From: Octopus sinensis
Taxonomy: Eukaryota
DNA: 64,000 nt
Assembly (NCBI RefSeq): GCF_006345805.1
Contig: NC_043014.1
Coordinates: 5,146,001 to 5,210,000 of the forward strand
Direction: 5' to 3'
Shown piece after piece: positions 1 through 13,729 of the stretch. A program made the translations under genes and the position numbers. Numbering within the stretch: position 1 is the first letter of the stretch; the number at the start of each line of letters is the position of its first letter. The notes under the pieces are model-generated. The model saw only the letters and a list, made by a program, of their open reading frames with translations, was not told where the DNA came from and did not search any database.

Positions 1-138
1 TATCAAATCCACTAACAAGGCATTGGGCGGCCCGAGGCTAAAGCAGAAGACACTTGCCCAAGATGCCACGCAGTGGTACTGAACCCAGAACCATGTGGTT
101 GGTAAGCAAGCTACTTACCACACAGCCACTCCTGCGCC
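1..138 (-). mobile_element. tRNA-derived SINE, 5' part (family 1)
   Basis: Reverse complement GGCGCAGGAGTGGCTGTGTGGTAAG...GGTTCAGTACC has A/B-box-like motifs; same element on + at 22379 and 57687. Confidence 0.8.
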
Positions 139-164
139 TATATATATGTATATATATGTTATAT

Positions 165-850
165 GTATACGGGTAAGTATTTGTGGTTACGACTCGGATT
201 ATTATTTATGTTTGCATGGGGTAGGTGTTTTTCGGTGGATGTCAATAGATGGAGGAAAAGAAAGATATTTTATAACGCATGCACTCGTGTTTATCCGAAA
301 TGGAAAAGATGTTCACGTGTGAACGGGGATATTTTGGGTGGTGGAAATTGTTGGTGGTTTGAGTAGGACAATACGGGAGACGACGAGATGCAGAGAAGTG
401 GTGGGTAATCGTCGATGAAATGTTGTTTAGTCGATCATACGAGACTCAGTGGCTAAACCTCTCGTTTAGACTCGGACGAATCAGGCTTACAAAGACGTTA
501 TGATCACACAGACTTTTTTTCATGCAATACACAGAAACGAGGTGGGAGGAAAAATTGTGAGGTTCAGTAATGGCGTAGTGTTTAAGATAAATGGACGGCG
601 AAGTGGGCGACCGAAAAAGGATACGTGTAGGGTTTATAAAGAGCAGATTCAGAGCATTTTTAAGGAACGTAAGGTTGATTGGGGACGCAGTTTGTAGCAG
701 CAGTTTTGAATTGGAAGTTTCGGAATTACCTTACAAAGATATACTGGATAATTAATGAGGTGATGTGGTGCATGAAAAGAGCAAGGTTTTAGCGATAGGA
801 CGATTTCGGTGAGGCGGAGAAGAATAGAAGTGCATTCTGTACTCTGTTGT
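165..850 (-). mobile_element. Degenerate Penelope-like RT fragment
   Basis: Minus strand encodes SILLRLTEIVLSLKPCSF (Penelope RT-like); homologous to 24095-24760, 38740-39150 and 51420-51835. Confidence 0.55.
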
Positions 851-1540
851 GTTCTCTCACTAATATTTAGTCTCTCTCTATTTTACTTAATGAATACAGT
901 CCTTAGCTTTTTCCATCAGTTACAGTATGTGGCTTGTCCAGTCCTCATTCTACATTGTACGTTCATTCCATTAACCATTTACAGTCACTGTCATCAATTC
1001 TAATAGACTCTATTCAATTTAGCCCACACCTACGATCATTGGGCACTCTAGTTAAAGATAGTCAAGTGGCCACTTTTCAGCTCTGGTCACTCACGTACAA
1101 TACCACCATCCGTAGCCATTACACTTGATCACCGGTCAGCAGCCTCGGTATTTGATATCTACACTCCATACAAGTCAGCCAGGAGTCCTTGATCGCTATA
1201 CTGGATTCCCGTCTAGTCCTATCTATAACTTAACGTAGAGATATCTATATTCTGTAGTTAGACAACCGCCTTTTCACTTGGTCCGTAGTAGACAACATTT
1301 AAAATTCTGATTTGACCAAATACCTACAAAGGAGTAAGCAGTCTTGTGCAGACTCTATAGGGTCTATAGGTATCGTTTCAAACGTGATATGTCATCAAAT
1401 GATTTGCTTGAGTGTGTGGGCGTGTGCGTGAGAGAGACGGGGATGGAGAGAGACGACAGAAAGAGAAAATGAAGGAATAAAAAGAGAAGAAGAGAAAGAT
1501 AAAGAGAGAAAGAGAGAACAGAAGTATAGTTTATACTAAC

Positions 1541-1615
1541 CGTCATATACAAGGCTTGAATTAGTAGGACAAGTAGTTCTGCCCCACCGAGTATACAATG
1601 ATCCGGGACCAGGTT
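1541..1615 (-). CDS. Paralogue A, 75-bp internal exon of short-chain collagen C4-like gene (xPGPGSLYTRWGRTTCPTNSSLVYDG)
   Basis: cacag acceptor and gttagt donor, open frame, phase 1-1; homologous to 38051-38125 and 50601-50675; terminal exon would lie left of the window. Confidence 0.85.
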
Positions 1616-1999
1616 CTGTGAAATTAAAATGAAACAATTTAGTTTAAAAGAAAGAATTCTTGAATCCTATACAAAGGAAGTTGTTGGCTTGGAAGGAATT
1701 GATAGAGAGGAGAGACATTTAGAATTTAAGAGAAAAAGAATGAGTGAATGAATGAAAATCAGAATGAAAGAAGTAAATGATTCGCTAAGAATAAATTTTA
1801 AACGAAGAAAATAAGTCATTTGTCTATTGAGCCTGTTGTTGACGTTGATGTCAACGAATTGAGAGATTAATCTCAGAATATCAGAATGTGTATTTGGCTC
1901 CTTTAAGAACGGATGTTTGTTTTGTTGTTGAACTTGGATGTGAGTATATATATATATTTGTGACCGTAATAATGATAAAGTCTTTTATAGATATGTAGG

Positions 2000-3997
2000 C
2001 CATATTATCAATTCTTGGTACTGGATTGGTCAATTACAAATATCAGGTTGGTGCTTGGCGTGAATCAGGCCATCATAGCTACAATATGCAAAGGGCTCGA
2101 AGGAATAGCCATAACGCGTCATTCATGGAGAGGGATAACAGCATTTGCGTCCGGATCTTGGATGAAGGAGTCCATTTGGGAAATATTTTTCAGTCTCCAC
2201 CCAACTCAAATTGGGATGCATGGGAAGGGAAAACAAAATATGTGTGTTCCATGTCACCGAAGCCGGTCCAGAAGGGATCATCCGTTCATAATTGAGAATT
2301 TGACTGTCAAAACCGGACGAGACAAAACGTTGCCTGTTATATATAATCAGTCTCCTCAAGAAAGCTTCATTGCTTCGGAGGCGCACACTTGGAATTAGGT
2401 TGGAAACTCCACCGTGCAGGTGTGGTGCCAACTATGTCAGCACAGGCGGAAGTGGGATGCTCACAATCCCTGGCTTTCGGATTGGATTATGGAGTGAATC
2501 CCACTAGGTATTAAGGGATATCTCCTGAAGCTCAAGCAGAATGAAGGAGTGGTGTAGCTGCTGGAAGTAAATGCACCCAATAGCGAGGCCAAATACAAAT
2601 GCTTCCTTAACAAATTCACTGCAGCTTTGGATATATTTGGGGTAAAGTCATTTGTCTTACAAGGAGACTTCTGTGCACACTTTGGCGCTGATAACCGCAA
2701 GAAGTATTGATTGGGTGGAATGGCGTCACACAACTTAATGTGGTGGCCATATTAGTCTTCTGGACACTCTATGATATAGATATCGTTTTAAGACGGTTGT
2801 TTATAAGGGTACTTGGAATAGAAATGCTTAGTGACAGAAATTCTTGATAGATGTTGTTGTCGTCTCAGTCCTCTTTGAGTCTGTGCTGGACGATCGGGCT
2901 ATAAGTAGTGGGGAGAGTTGTCAACTGACCACTACCAAGATGTCTGAAACCGGAAGATGCCTACAGTTGGGAGAACCTAGTAAATTGGTAAGTCCAGTGC
3001 GACCTACAGAATAAAGTTGAAAGCAGTAGTGGATGATGGAATAAGAAACAAATTTGTGGATAATATTGCATCCAAATTGAGAGAGACCCACATGAATAAA
3101 CTTGGGCATCGAAATCGATTAGTGATTGTATTATTTTTGTCGAACTAAAGTCACTGAAAAGTGATAAGGCTGCTGGAGAGAAATACGTTCGTCTTGATAA
3201 TTTTAAACCCTTAAATACACATGGTATTCCTTGAGTGACCCATGTATGCTAGGTGGAATGGCGCATCAGGGAAAACACGAGGGCAATGTCAATCCGGGGT
3301 AATAATCGCAGATTTTTTTAAGACAAAGTCTACACTACATGTCTAGAAAAGTTACGTTGGGAAATAGTCGCGTCCAGGACTACTGTCCTGGATACAGTAC
3401 ACCCGACCAGATATTCGTTCGAAGGCAGATCTTCGAGAAAACGTTGAAATAATTCCAAGGGGAATACGCTGTAGACCACGTGCCGTGGGGCATGTTGCGG
3501 ATGGTTTACCAGGAAGGTGGGATTATTGGGCAAATTCTTTTTACCGTAAAATACTCGTACGGATGTCCAAATGTTTGTATTTGTGCAAAAGCCGAATGTT
3601 TTCAACTTGGAGTTTCGACTTCAATAGCAGAGCGTATTGTTAGTGCTTCTTCTCACATTTCTTATGATCTGGTTGAGCCATTTTAGAAGAAGTATCTCAT
3701 TTCGTCTGTATGGGGTCGGTCGACTGCTATTTGCAGACGACATGCAGCTATCTGACTCATGTCATGTTCACTTTCGACAAGCATTGAATGGGTTGGCTGC
3801 CGAGTGCTCCAAGACAGGGATGACTAACACACACTCTGCAGGAAAGTGGAACATCGTTACTTCGGGAATCTATTCACGAGTGATTGGAAGCACAAGACTG
3901 AACAGATTGCTAAATTCTAGATATAAACGCATTGATGCGCTAGGTCGGGCATTCGATTCTCAGACGAACAATAGTTGGTACACTTATCGACGTAGCG

Positions 3998-3998
<1 letters not shown>
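2000..3998 (+). mobile_element. Degenerate RTE-clade LINE (APE endonuclease and RT remnants)
   Basis: Remnants KSFVLQGDF (APE), VPWGMLRMVYQE and GRLLFADDM (RT); many stops and frameshifts. Confidence 0.75.
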
Positions 3999-4045
<47 letters not shown>

Positions 4046-4069
4046 ATATACACACAATTAATGTCATAG

Positions 4070-4480
4070 TATAACAGAGTAACATTTTATTAAGGAAATT
4101 ATTGCAAAGAAAAATGTATTTTAAAAGAAATTTTGACTAGTATCTTAGTATATATTACTGAAGAAATATGAATAGTGATGTAGAGACAATTCAACTTTGG
4201 TGAAATTATAAATCGTTAAGGAGACACGGGTGAATGACTTTGGCTAAACACTGTAGAACTGGAAGCTGGATACTTTATAATATTTAATCTCATTCCTGAA
4301 CATTTCTTCAAAGTTATTGTCTTATACAATATAAAATTAGTTCTTACTTGGGGTGTCATCAGGTTTATCGTCGAGAGATTTCTTGGAGATGACACGGTTC
4401 TGTGGAAAAATAGAGAGTGTATATTATCGTTTAGAACTGAAAAGAATGCAATACATGACAACATTTTCGGGCAGCATTTT
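4070..4480 (+). mobile_element. Helitron-derived fragment
   Basis: Homologous to 7560-7910 and to the minus strand of ~35210-35560. Confidence 0.5.
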
Positions 4481-5152
4481 ATGAAGATGTGGGTGACGTC
4501 GACATTGTCCATTCTACCAAATCTATTATATCGTTTTACATCTTGGAGGTTTGCTGGAACTGCATGCCTTTCTGTGAATCTGGTATTTCATTATTTCATG
4601 CTTGTATATGGCAAAGCATACACATTACATAAACAGCTAATATCCCTGTTCATTGTCAAGAGTAGACTAATTTTGCTATCTAAAATCGCTGGTAGTTTGA
4701 AGATTACTATAAACGTAGACTTGCGCATTCTGCTGACGCACAAGAAAGCCCGACGCCAACCTTTCATGTACGGCGTCCTAATACGCTGTAGGACTTTTCC
4801 ACTGCGACCTTAGGAGAATCTGTCAAGGCAATAGGATGCAATATTTAAAAGTAGTTTGAATTTATGCCAAAGCTCTATTGCCTTGATATTGTTTAGTATA
4901 GTTATCCATCATGATCACTGAAGAGTCGGGCATTTCTAGCACTGGTGAATAATATTCCGGATTGAAGCTCGAAGGTCAACATATTAAGGTTTGTAAGAAA
5001 AATGTTTGGGAACATATTGTAGGTTATAAATTGACTGCATACGAAAGGGATGAGGATTAGATATTTTGTACACGGGTGCTATATAAACTGGTTATTCACT
5101 CCTTAAATATAGTGTGTATATGTAGATGTATATATGTAAGTGTATAAAAATT

Positions 5153-5183
<31 letters not shown>

Positions 5184-5310
5184 TGATATATATATATATA
5201 TATGTATATGTTTATACATATATATAACATATGTTTGTGTGTATGTGTTTATATATATATATGTATATATATATATGTATACATATATACATATATATAT
5301 ATATGTATTT

Positions 5311-5785
5311 ATATTGGGTTGCCTGGAAAGCTCGTGCCGATTTTTAAAGGAATATAAAGGGCCAATAAATACTTGCCATTGCATTTTTAAACAACCAAAT
5401 ATGAACCATTTTGTTGCACTATGCTTCTCCATCTTTCCTTTAACTTGAAAATACCCTCTTTCCAGAATTGAGGTGGTTTCATGGCAAAGAATTCATCGAG
5501 GTATCTTTTTACGTCATTCAAGGAATTAAAATTTTTACCATTAAAACTATTCTGCAAAGGCCTGAATAAGTGGAAATCCGAAGGTGCAATATCTGGTGAA
5601 TATGGAGAGATGGAGTAATACATGCCAGCCGAGCTGCAGCAATTTTTGTCTGGTTCCCAAAGCATCAAGTGCCGAAAATGAACTTTCTTATCTTGCATTT
5701 TAAAGTGTTACAAAATTAACACCTGTTATAGGAACATAAACCTTCTTACACGAAAAGATAGCTTAAACTGCGCCCTAACTGCGCA
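5311..5785 (-). mobile_element. Internally deleted mariner transposon
   Basis: ORF 5387-5698 joins mariner N-terminus MQDKKVHFRHLMLWE to C-terminus PYSPDIAPSDFHLF...[11 protein letters not shown]; TIR-like TATTGGGTTGCCTGGAAAG near 5312. Confidence 0.85.
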
Positions 5786-5893
5786 CACATACATAATACA
5801 TACACACATATTCACACACAAGCACACATACATACCTAAATAAATACATGCATACAGACATAAATATATGTTAACAAAAAATCCATGACTTAC

Positions 5894-5903
5894 CGTTTTT
5901 GAT
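5894..5903 (-). pseudogene. Paralogue A, last 10 nt of exon 1 (ATCAAAAACG) with its gtaagt donor
   Basis: Minus strand ATCAAAAACG|gtaagtcatggatttt matches the exon-1/intron-1 junction at 45317-45342; upstream is intronic RTE sequence. Confidence 0.8.
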
Positions 5904-5904
5904 G

Positions 5905-7530
5905 GGAGCACAATATTGACGGTCTCAGGACGACAAAGCAGATCAAGAAGGGAACAACCTTTAATAATTGAGAATTAAAACGTCAAAATTGTTAGATATA
6001 ATCTGCCTGTAAGATATAATCGGTGTCTCCTCTACAAAATTTCCTTTCTCCGATAGCGTACACCTGGATATAGGCTTGAAACTCCACTACGCAACTGTGG
6101 TGCCAGCAATGTCTGCACAGGTGGGATTAGGATACTCTCAATCTCCAGCTTTCGGATTGTATTATTGAGTGAAACCTACTAGGTGTGAGTGTTCACCTCT
6201 TGAAGCTAAGGCTGAATATGAAGGACCACTGTGGCTGCTGTAAGTATATGCAGCAAACAACGGGGTCAAATACAAATTCTTCTTAAGCAAATTCACCTCA
6301 GCTTTAGATATATTTGGGGCAAAGTCATTTGTCCTGCAAGGAAACTTCAGTGCACACCTTGGCACTGATAACCGTGAGAAGGATTGATTGGAAGGAATGT
6401 CGTCAGTGAACTTAATGGAGAGGTCATAGCAGCCTTCAGTGCAGGATACACACTCTCCTCTCTATGGTATAGATATTATTTTAAGACAGGGATATTTATA
6501 AGGGTGCCTGGTAGAGAAATACTTGGTGACAGAGGTTTGTGATAGATTTCGGTCCTCTTTCACTCTTTGCTGAACTTTCGGGTAAAAGGAAGGGGCGGAG
6601 TTGTCAACTCGTCACTACCTAAATGTCTGAAAACCTGAACATTCCTACAATCTGTCGAACACTGGAAATTGGTAAGTCCAGTGCGACCTACAGAATACAG
6701 TTGGAACCGCAGAGGATGCTGGGATCAGAAGCGAAAATGTGGAGACTTTTGCATCCAAATTGAGAGTGACCATCCGGAATGAATTTGGACATCGAAATGA
6801 TTTCGTGATTGTATTATTTTATTCGGCAGGTTCTTCTTCGGTTGAACGCTTATTTGAGCTAAACTCACTTAAAAGTGGTAAAGCTGCTGGTGAAAACACG
6901 TTCGGCTTGATATTTTAGAAACCTTAAATACAGATGGCATTCTCTGAGTGACCCATGTATGCTAGGTGGATGGGACCTCTGGAAAAAACACCAAGGCAAT
7001 GGTAATACGGGGTGACAATCACAATTTTTTCAAAAAAAGATCAAAGAGTGTGTTCTAATTATAGAAAAGTCTACACGTGATGTCAGGAAAAGATATGTAG
7101 GGAAAACGTCGCGCCCAATATTACCGTCCGACACGCGGTACACCTGACCAGATAGTCATTCAAAGACAGATCTTCCAGTTGCAAGGTTTAGACGATGTAA
7201 ACCACGAAAAGTCACACGATCACATGCCCTGGGGAATGTTGTGGATGGTTTACCAGGAAGGTGAGTTTAATGGGCAAATACTGGTTGCCATAAAGTACTT
7301 ATATGGATGTTCAAATTATTGTATTTATGTACAAGTCGAAAGTTTTCAACGTGAAGGTTTCACTTAGTTGAAGTGTGCATTGTTAGTGCCCCTTCTCACA
7401 TTCTTTTTTGTGATCTGGTTGAATATGCGCAGCCATTGTGGTAGAGGTATCCTAATTCATCTCTACGTGATCGGTCGACTGTTATTAGTAGACGACATGC
7501 TGCTTGGTACAATTATCGACGTAGCACTGC
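5905..7530 (+). mobile_element. Degenerate RTE-clade LINE copy
   Basis: Same APE and RT remnants (KSFVLQGNFSAHLG, DHMPWGMLWMVYQE, GRLLLVDDM); inverted copy of ~35850-37435. Confidence 0.75.
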
Positions 7531-7559
7531 ATATATACTCATATACACAATAAATGGCA

Positions 7560-8440
7560 TTGTATATTAGAGTAACATTTTATTTAGGAAATTATTGTAA
7601 AGTAGAATATATTTCGAAATAAATTCAGGCAAGTGTCTTAGTATATACTATTGTGGACATGTGGATAGTAATGTGGAACTAATTCAAAGTTCGTGAAATT
7701 ATAAACCATGACTCAAGGAGACACGGGTCAATGACTTTAGCTATAAAATTAGTTCTTACTTGGTGTGTCATCAGGTTTATCGTCGAGAGATTTCTTGGAG
7801 ATGAAACGATTCTGTAAAAAAATAGAAATAGCATCACATAAATAGAACGTCAAGGTATTTATTATCGTTTAGAACTTAAAACAATGCAATAGATGACAAC
7901 ATATTCGGACAGGTATCATTGCCAACACTACAATCTCAACACCTTAGGAATCTTCTAGAAGGCGCTTCAATCTAGTTAAAGGATTTTCTGAACAATATCA
8001 GACAATACAACTCTGCATTTCAATTGACATCGTTTGGTGAATCTAAGAAGATAGATAAACATGAATTTACGCCGACGTCAAAGTTCAAGGGCAAGTCTAT
8101 CCCCTCATTGATTTCCTGGTACCCGCGAATGAACAACCACAGTTCATCCAAATTTACTCTATGAGTGATGTAGGACAACAAACCAGACGTGTGGTGCTAA
8201 AATTTCGATGATGGGTCGTGTTAGACACAGCGCACACTGCTGCAAAGGAGAGTATATCCACTGACAGCTTTTCGGTGCGTTCAAACATCACACAAACCCC
8301 ACCTTCAATTTTGCATGACAGGTTAGGGCCTGAAACACTCCAAACGGACGCATAGCATGTTGCTTAGTCGAATTAGCCCAGCATTTACTCTACAAATGTT
8401 TTGTTGTCAATGTTGCACTTTCCCATATCACCTGTTTCAA
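7560..8440 (+). mobile_element. Non-autonomous Helitron, 3' end removed at the HERO-like junction
   Basis: Encodes DFLNNIRQYNSAFQLTSFG (Helitron RepHel N-terminal motif); similarity to other copies stops at CACCTGTTTCAAA (8441). Confidence 0.75.
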
Positions 8441-8966
8441 AGATGGAACATCTTAGAGAATGACATCTGCAAATGTAGAAAGGTCGGTACGCTAACACGT
8501 ATTCTTTCCAACTGTTCATTAGCATTGAACAGGTACACATGGAGGCACAACTTGGTCCTTAAGGTTATCTTCAATGCTATAATGAACCAAATTCATCTCA
8601 ACAACACTGAGGAAAAACCGTTAAAAGTACCATCAAGCGATTTCATTACCATCGTGCGACCAGGTCAGCGGATTTGTTTCAAGAAGAAGATCAAGAAACA
8701 TCCTGAGAGAAATGAAAAGTGGAACGGCTATTGAGAGGTAACTGCAGATTTACCTGGGTGCCAGGTTTTCTTTCCCATCCCAGTTTCGAAAAATACAGAT
8801 ATTTTGATGTGGTGTGAAAGAAAGTTGTAAATATAGTCGAGCTAACAGTTCCTGATGACGATAATATGGACGCCGCTCGGTCTCGAAAATTGAACCGTTA
8901 TGAAAACCTTGAGGAATGTGAAGACGCAGGCTGGAAAGTGGAACATTTTCCTATCGAAGTCGGATG
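8441..8966 (+). mobile_element. RLE-type non-LTR retrotransposon (HERO-like), zinc knuckle and RLE, left part
   Basis: CKC...ILSNC...RYTWRHNLVL, then IVELTVP...RKLNRYENL...GWKVEHFPIEVG; resumes at 13978 as CRGFVG. Confidence 0.85.
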
Positions 8967-9155
8967 GAGACGCATGTTTCTTAATAATGTCGCTTATTAT
9001 GCAGTGTACAATGTTAAAATTTTATGTCTGTTACAGTTAAATTCGATTATTATAATTTGAAAAAAGGGACTATTTATTGCTTGTTTTGAAGCAAAATTTG
9101 TTTTAATTCCCCTTGCGGGGAAACGTTTTACTTTCTTTATTAGTGTTTTTACATA

Positions 9156-10400
9156 GTGGAAGGTACTGTCGCTCGTAGGGAGAGTGTATCTCCAGTGCCA
9201 AGTGCCAGTAAGGATTCTGTAGTGAGCAGAAGGATATTAGAAGAGCCAATAAGGAGCTTTGCGGCTGCCGCCGGAGGAAACTCAAGGAAAATTGATACAA
9301 CCAATTTGAAGGCAAACCGAGAGCTGTTAACAAAAGAAGGGACCGAAATAAAGGTGGTCCCTCCTCATAGCATCATTAAAGATGTACTCGAAAGGACTGT
9401 AATTTTCAAAACATACAATGTTGAACAGAAAAAAATTAACTATGTCAATGACAGAAGTGTAGAAAAATATTTAAGGCCAATTTGGAATAACATCACATAT
9501 TTGGCCAGAGGAAAAAGATATGCAGCTGTTGAAGTGAGGATGTCAACAGTGGAACAGGCGCAAAAGTATTCTGTGGAGCCTCTTCGAACGGATGAGGTAG
9601 TACTGTTGCCATTTTATATGGGGAGGAGAACCTCCCGAATAAAGATAAGCTGTGTACCACCGGAGGCGGACGCCGAATGGCTAGTAGCGGCAGTACTGTA
9701 TGACCTAGAGGAAGAAATCACACTGCTTTCTGCGGAAGTAACAGAAGACAAAGTCAGGCTTGGCCAAACAATAAAAATGCTGATCCAAGCAGAGCCTATG
9801 ACCTAGAAAAAATTCCAGAGGTCATAGATATAATGGGTACGAAGTTAGTAGTCATGGTGGAATGTAGAAAACCCAGATGTTTTAAATGTGGAAAGAAGGG
9901 CCATGTTAGGTCCGAATGCAAGAGTGGTGAAGAAAAAGAAAAAGAGGAGAACAACATTGAAGAAGACTCGGAAGATGAAACTACAGAGAATGGAAAACCA
10001 GAAGAAAGCACAGAAGAAGAAAATGAGAGCGGAAATAAAGAAGAGACGGAATGGAAGAGAGCTGGTAGCAAAAGGAAATTAAACAGAAATGTTAAATCAT
10101 TGGCAAAAATGCAAACTCAAAGAAGGCATGAAAAAGCCAAAAAATCAAAAACAAAAGAAATACGAGAAAAAGAATTTCTATATATGGCGGTTCGAACCTC
10201 AAACTAAAAAACTAAAAAGAACTGGATGCAAAAACGTTAAAGACGGTTTCGAAGTCTACCACGTAGACAGCACGTCTTACAACGTTCTAGCAAATGACTA
10301 TCGGAGTGATGTTGGCTTAATTAAAACGACTCCACGAGCCCGAGAAAAAGAAAAAGAGGCGGACCCACCTCCGCCTTTTAGCGAAGACATAAGAAATTGA
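9156..10400 (+). pseudogene. Tx1/L1 ORF1 (gag-like), frameshifted
   Basis: CFKCGKKGHVRSEC zinc knuckle followed by acidic and basic tails; split over three ORFs. Confidence 0.8.
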
Positions 10401-10410
10401 GGTAAGACTT

Positions 10411-13400
10411 ATGGCAGTTCACGTTGGATGTTTAAATGTGCGTGGCCTGACGGCGGGATGGAAGCAAGGTCGCTTCTTAAACGACGTCATGTCACATAAT
10501 TTGGATGTCATTGTTGCTACTGAAACCCGGTTAAAGGGATCAAGAGGACTGCTCCCACTCCTGGACGGATACGAGAAATTTATTTCTCCAGTCCACCGGC
10601 GGGTGGGTGTGGGGGTGTTGGTCCTACTAAAAAGAAACCGGGTTTCAGAGAAGAAGTTAATTTTTTGTGACCCAGAGGGTAGGCTGGTCGTCTTCGACCT
10701 GACTTTAAGTTGCGGTAAGAAAATCAGGCTGGTGGCAATTTACACCCCCTACAATGGTCAGTCTGAGTATTTCCGAGACCTAGAGAAGTTTCTTGGTACG
10801 GCGTACCCATTAGTTTTGTTAGGGGACTTTAATGTTATTCAAGATGCGCGCGTGGATAATGTTGGCTCGAACCCAAATAGAATACCTAATGCAGGTTTCC
10901 GGGAACTACTAAGTCGCTTTCAGCTAGTAGATCCATACAGACTTGAATTCCCGAACACCCCAATGTGGACATGGTTAAGTGGTGACGGGTCTTTTAAGTC
11001 CTATTAAAATAGGATTCTAATTAGAGAAACAGATAGATCCATAGCTAAGTGTCCACAGTTCCACTTGGTCAGCTACAGTGATCAGAAATTTGTCACTTGT
11101 AAGCTGAACCTAGATAAGTTACAGAGTAGAGGATCCGGTTACTAGAAACTCAATAAGTCCCATTTGGCGAACGAAGAGTACAGAAGCCGGATTAAGTTAA
11201 TGATACAGAGGGCTTTAACTGGTACCATCATTAATAATAAATGGTGGTACGCCCTCAAAAGAGCCATTAAATTTGAGTCTGTTAGATATAGCATAGGTTT
11301 AGTGGCTAGAGAGCGTAAGAGGGAACTAGAACTGGTTAAGGAATTAGAGGAAGCAGTGTTGACTGGTAGTGCTGCTGAGGCGAAGGCTAAGAGACTGGAA
11401 TTAAACCAGCACCTCGAGGCCAAACACAGGGGATGCATTATCAGGGGTAGACTTCGTGCAATGGGGAGTGAGGGGCTCAATGCCGCTGGATGGGCTCGGG
11501 TGATGGAAACCCAACGTGGAAATGATTCTACAATTCGATCTGTGGAGAATCTACAAGACGAGATTGTGAACGAACCCGATGAGATGTGTCAGGCTTTTCA
11601 GGAGCACTTTGTACAGCTTTTCGGGAGGGGCAATGGACCGGATGGTAGGTTGGACCTTTCGGACTTCCTTGCCGGGCTGCCGCGTCTCTCGGGGCAGGAT
11701 GCTGAGTGCTGTGAGGGTCCGATAACACCTCAGGAGGGTAGAGAGGCTATAACGAACTGTAAAGCTGGTAGGGCGCCGTGACTTGATGGTTTGCCTTATG
11801 AATTGTACAAAAGTATGCCAGACTTGTTTGGGAAAATTCTGGCCGGGGTTTACGCAAACTGGACAGAATGGGTCGATTCCCAGATCTGTACGCAGGGGAG
11901 TGGTGACTCTGGTAAGGAAGGACCTAAACAAGGGAGATAAGATAGACAACTTTAGGCCCATCACTCTGTTAAACGCAGAGGTGAAGATTTTGGCCAAGGT
12001 ACTAGCAAAAAGATTGGGGCGGGTCGCGAATACTCTGATCGGCAAGGCACAAACCTGTGCCGTCCCCGGCAGAAGCATTCAGGACAATCTCCATCTTATA
12101 CGCTATACCTTAGAAGGGTTTGGTAGTGATTTTGGCAAAAGCATTCGATAGGGTTGACCATCGATACCTGGTGTCCGTGCTAGCACAGTTCGGGCTGGGT
12201 CTTGGCTTCCTTAGGTGGATAATCCAATTATACGACAACATCGATTCGATCGTTCGGGTGAACGGATTTCTTTCTAGGCCGTTCTCTGTTAAGCGCTCGG
12301 TTCGCCAAGGATGTCCGCTTTCGCCACTTTTGTATGTGATGGCTCTAGAGCCGTTACTGCGAAAGTTGAGCGGCATCCCGAGGGGCCCGCTGTTGGAGAG
12401 TCGGTTTCAGCATATGCGGATGACATCACCATTATTGTAACCAAGATGGAACACCTACAGAGGGTAAGTGAAACCATTAAGGTTTACGAGACGGTGGCAG
12501 GAGCAAAGATTAACCGGGAAAAGTCAGTCGGCTTGCAACTCGGCACCTGGAGGAGAAAGTCGATGCCTTTGGATAGCGTCGTGGGACGTTGGACGGAGGG
12601 CCCGGTTAAGCTGTTAGGGGTATGGTTTGGACCAGACCTCCAGGTAGAAAAGAACTGGGCAGAGGTATTGAGCAAGGTGACCTGCATAGTCAAGACCTGG
12701 TCTTGGCGGTGGCTATCCTTGAAAGGGAGGGCGGAGGTATCGCATCGGTCATCATTTACCGCCTAACCGTCGTGCCCTGTCCCGGTTCGTGGTTGAGCAA
12801 GCTGGAGAAGCAGATCTTCCGCTTTTTGTGGAAGGGCACCACTCCTCTAGTGAGGCGTTCTCTCTGCTGCCAAAAGCCGTTGAATGGAGGACTGGGGATG
12901 CCTTGGCTGTTGATGCGCAAACATGCGCTGAGGTTGAGGCATCTCTGGCTACTCCTGAATGGTTAACAGGTGTGGTCTCCGCACGCGAAACGGATGTTTC
13001 CCAGGTTCACAAGTTTTAGTGGACAAGAAAGCTGGTTCCTTCGTAGAACGAGGTTGGGTACATGGTTTACGGAGTGCCGTAAGCACTCCTACAGTTCCAT
13101 CGCTCGGGTAATGCTAGCGGTTTTGGCACAACCACATTTTTCTATAGCAGGTTGGTAGAGGCTGGGAACGACGATATCCTAGAGGAAACCCTAGGTCTCG
13201 GAGATAACCAGTTAGACAGTCTGTTCCGAAGGACGTTTGGGCCGGGGTATTTGGATAATTTCCAAAAATCCCTGGCCTGGCAATGTTACCGAGGAGCCTT
13301 ACCCGTTCGGGATAAGCTCGCAGGACACGGTCGAACCACCACTGCCGACTGTCCAAGATGCAGACGGGATAGGGAAACTGTCCTGCACGCTATTGTTCAG

Positions 13401-13729
13401 TGTTCGGGAGTGTCTGAAGTGTGGGTTTATGCAGAACATCTGCTGTCAGGTTCGGGAAGAGTAGAGCTGTCGTCTGAGTCAATTGTAAAAATTGACCCGC
13501 CGGATTTCCTCACGAAAGAAGGTAAGCAATAGCGAAAGAGGTGGTATGGAAGTCGCGAATGAAAGGTTTGGCGACAGGCAACCTCATCTCCGGTCTCGGG
13601 TTGGTGAGATATTTTATCTTCCTCCTTAAAAGGAAGGTGAGGCTGGAAAGAAGATGCCTGTCAAAGAAAATGTTCAAAGAAAGATGGTTGCATGTTGCGA
13701 GGGTGCTGGGAATGAAAGATTCCTCATGA
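10411..13729 (+). pseudogene. Tx1/L1 ORF2 (APE endonuclease, reverse transcriptase, zinc motif), disrupted
   Basis: LNVRGL, LGDFN, FRPITLLN, KAFDRV, SVRQGCPLSPLLY, AYADD, CPRC...ETVLHAIVQC; several stops and frameshifts. Confidence 0.9.
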
